Below, in pieces: positions 26,050 through 64,000 of a stretch of DNA of 64,000 nt. The translations under genes and the position numbers were made by a program. Numbering within the stretch: position 1 is the stretch's first letter; every line of letters begins with the position of its first letter. The notes beneath the pieces were generated by a model that was given only the letters and a program-made list of their open reading frames with translations, ran no database searches and was not told the origin of the DNA. The stretch comes from Negaprion brevirostris (Eukaryota). The stretch spans positions 10,323,980 to 10,387,979 of the forward strand of contig JARDVH010000128.1 in the NCBI GenBank assembly GCA_030324005.1, written 5' to 3'.

Positions 26050-26882
26050 TTTTGATTTGATTCATTATTGTCACTTGTATTAACAGTGAAAAGTATTGTT
26101 TCTTGGGTGTTGTACAGACAAAACATACTGTTCGCAGAGAAGGAAATGAGAGATTGTAGAATGTAGAGTTACAGTCATAGCTAGGGTGTAGAGAAAGATC
26201 AACTTAATGCAAGGTAAATCCATTCCAAAGTTTGACAGCGGCAGGGAAGAACCTGTTCTTGAGTCGGTTGGTATGTGACCTCAGATTTTTGTATCTTTTT
26301 CCCAATGGAAGAAGGTGCAAGAGAGAATGTCCAGGGTGTGTGGGGTCCTTAATTATGCTGGCTGCTTTACAGTGGCAGCGGGAAGTGTAGGCAGTCAATG
26401 GATGGGAGGCTGATTTGTGTGATGGATTGGGCTACATTCAGACTTTTTGTAGTTTCTTGTGGTCTTGGGCAGAGTAGGAGCCATACCAGCTATGATACAA
26501 CCAGAAAGAATGCTTTCTATGGTGCATCTGTAAAAGTTGTTGAGAGTCATAGCTGACATGCCAAATTCCCTTAGTCTTCTGAGAAAGTTGAGGTGTTGGT
26601 AGGCTTTGTTAAGTATAGTGTCGGCATGGGGGAACCTGGACAGGTTGTTGGTGATGGGGACACCTANNNNNNNNNNNNNNNNNNNNNNNNNNNNNNNNNN
26701 NNNNNNNNNNNNNNNNNNNNNNNNNNNNNNNNNNNNNNNNNNNNNNNNNNNNNNNNNNNNNNNNNNNNNNNNNNNNNNNNNNNNNNNNNNNNNNNNNNNN
26801 NNNNNNNNNNNNNNNNNNNNNNNNNNNNNNNNNNNNNNNNNNNNNNNNNNNNNNNNNNNNNNNNNNNNNNNNNNNNNNNNNN
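26050..26882 (-). mobile_element. Rex1/Babar-like LINE 3' fragment
   Basis: KAASIIKDPTHPGHSLLHLLPLGKRYKNLRSHTNRLKNRFFPAAVKLWN, a typical C-terminus; 3' UTR ...gtgacaataatgaatcaaatcaaa. Confidence 0.75.
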
Positions 26883-27251
26883 GAAAATCAAATTGGAGGG
26901 GAATTTAGCCGCACATTTGACTGCTGCAAATCTGGATTTTTAGTGACGCCAAGTGGTGGAGTGCAACCTTACAATACTAGTTAGGTTTCTGTAGCAGAAG
27001 TTTAAATCATATTGCACTGAGAAATTGTTGAAATGCCTTTTATATGCATTAAAATAGAATTTTTTCAGCTATTATTAATTAGATCGCTTGGCAGTCAATG
27101 TCATTTACCTGAGGAATGATCACTTCAGAAAGCAGCTGAAAGGTTTAGTGCTTGTGAATCTGGACTTTAAAATGAGTTGTTATTTTTGGAAAAGGGGAAG
27201 GAAGTTTGAAGGAAAAAAATTACATTAAATGTCATATTTTTTGTCTTCCAG

Positions 27252-63418
<36,167 letters not shown>

Positions 63419-64000
63419 GTGAGTTGAATTACATAACTGTAAAATTTAGTCTTGAATTTTTCCTCCCTGACTAATGACTTCCTGGCTGCACATCTGGACA
63501 GAAAATAACTAAGTAGAGGTTTGAGATTGCTACTTAAGGAAAGGTGTATTAACTTTTCCTAGGAATAGATGTTAGTGCAAAAGATTAAAAGAATTAAAAT
63601 TGCACCTTTTATAGTCTGAAAAGAGTTGGTGCAAAGAAGTAACTCTTGATAGTTTAGTTCCAAAGCTGTTATGTCATGATCTCATAAGCCACAAGGGTGC
63701 AGGATTATACTATTGAGACTATAGTAATGTTTCTGGACCATTAATTTAGATTTGCTATCTATATTTTGTGATTTCAGGTCTATTTTAGAATGTTGTGGTT
63801 CTGTAAAATGCTCTATATGTTAAATACTTTATGGTGGAAGATGAACTTATTAATCAGGGGGTTGCTTAAGGTTTCGATGCATCAGTAGTAAGCATTGATA
63901 TATGTCAGAAGGTAGTATTTGAAGTCTGAAAAAAATTGTGTGAATGCTTTAAAAGACAGGAGAAAACAACATTTGATATTCTATCAAATTGCAAATAATG

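Noticed and set aside
1-27251. SMURF1 exon 1, promoter/CpG island, true tRNA genes, CRISPR or prokaryotic systems
   Set aside because: No MSNPG-like first exon or CpG island seen; tRNA-like boxes are SINE heads; no repeat-spacer arrays; the sequence is eukaryotic intron.

Overview
Vertebrate genomic DNA, almost certainly an elasmobranch (shark), judged from HE1/V-SINEs, Deu-SINEs, CR1 LINEs and shark-type Penelope repeats. It is a gapped draft assembly with several exactly-100-N gaps. The whole window lies inside one + strand gene, the HECT E3 ubiquitin ligase SMURF1 (C2-WW-WW-HECT). Twelve coding exons (2-13 by human short-isoform numbering; 27252-63418; 1507 nt; all GT-AG, phases consistent, no stops) can be read directly. 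Exon 1 and the rest of the HECT domain lie outside the window. The introns are filled with decayed transposons (Tigger, Copia, Gypsy, Penelope, CR1/L2/Rex, hAT and Harbinger-type MITEs, SINEs). No new multi-gene system is evident. Most notable: (1) exon 6 keeps the SMURF2-type 'DNDLPEG' start of WW1 although no WW1 exon is visible, a possible intermediate in WW1 loss; (2) Penelope-derived fold-back elements carry minimal hammerhead-ribozyme motifs, all visible copies degenerate; (3) a sense Gypsy LTR-like segment in intron 2 has an intact E-box and CRE; (4) inverted SINEs flank a 780-nt in-frame exon block. Comparisons to human proteins and repeat consensuses are from memory, not database searches. 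Repeat boundaries are approximate.
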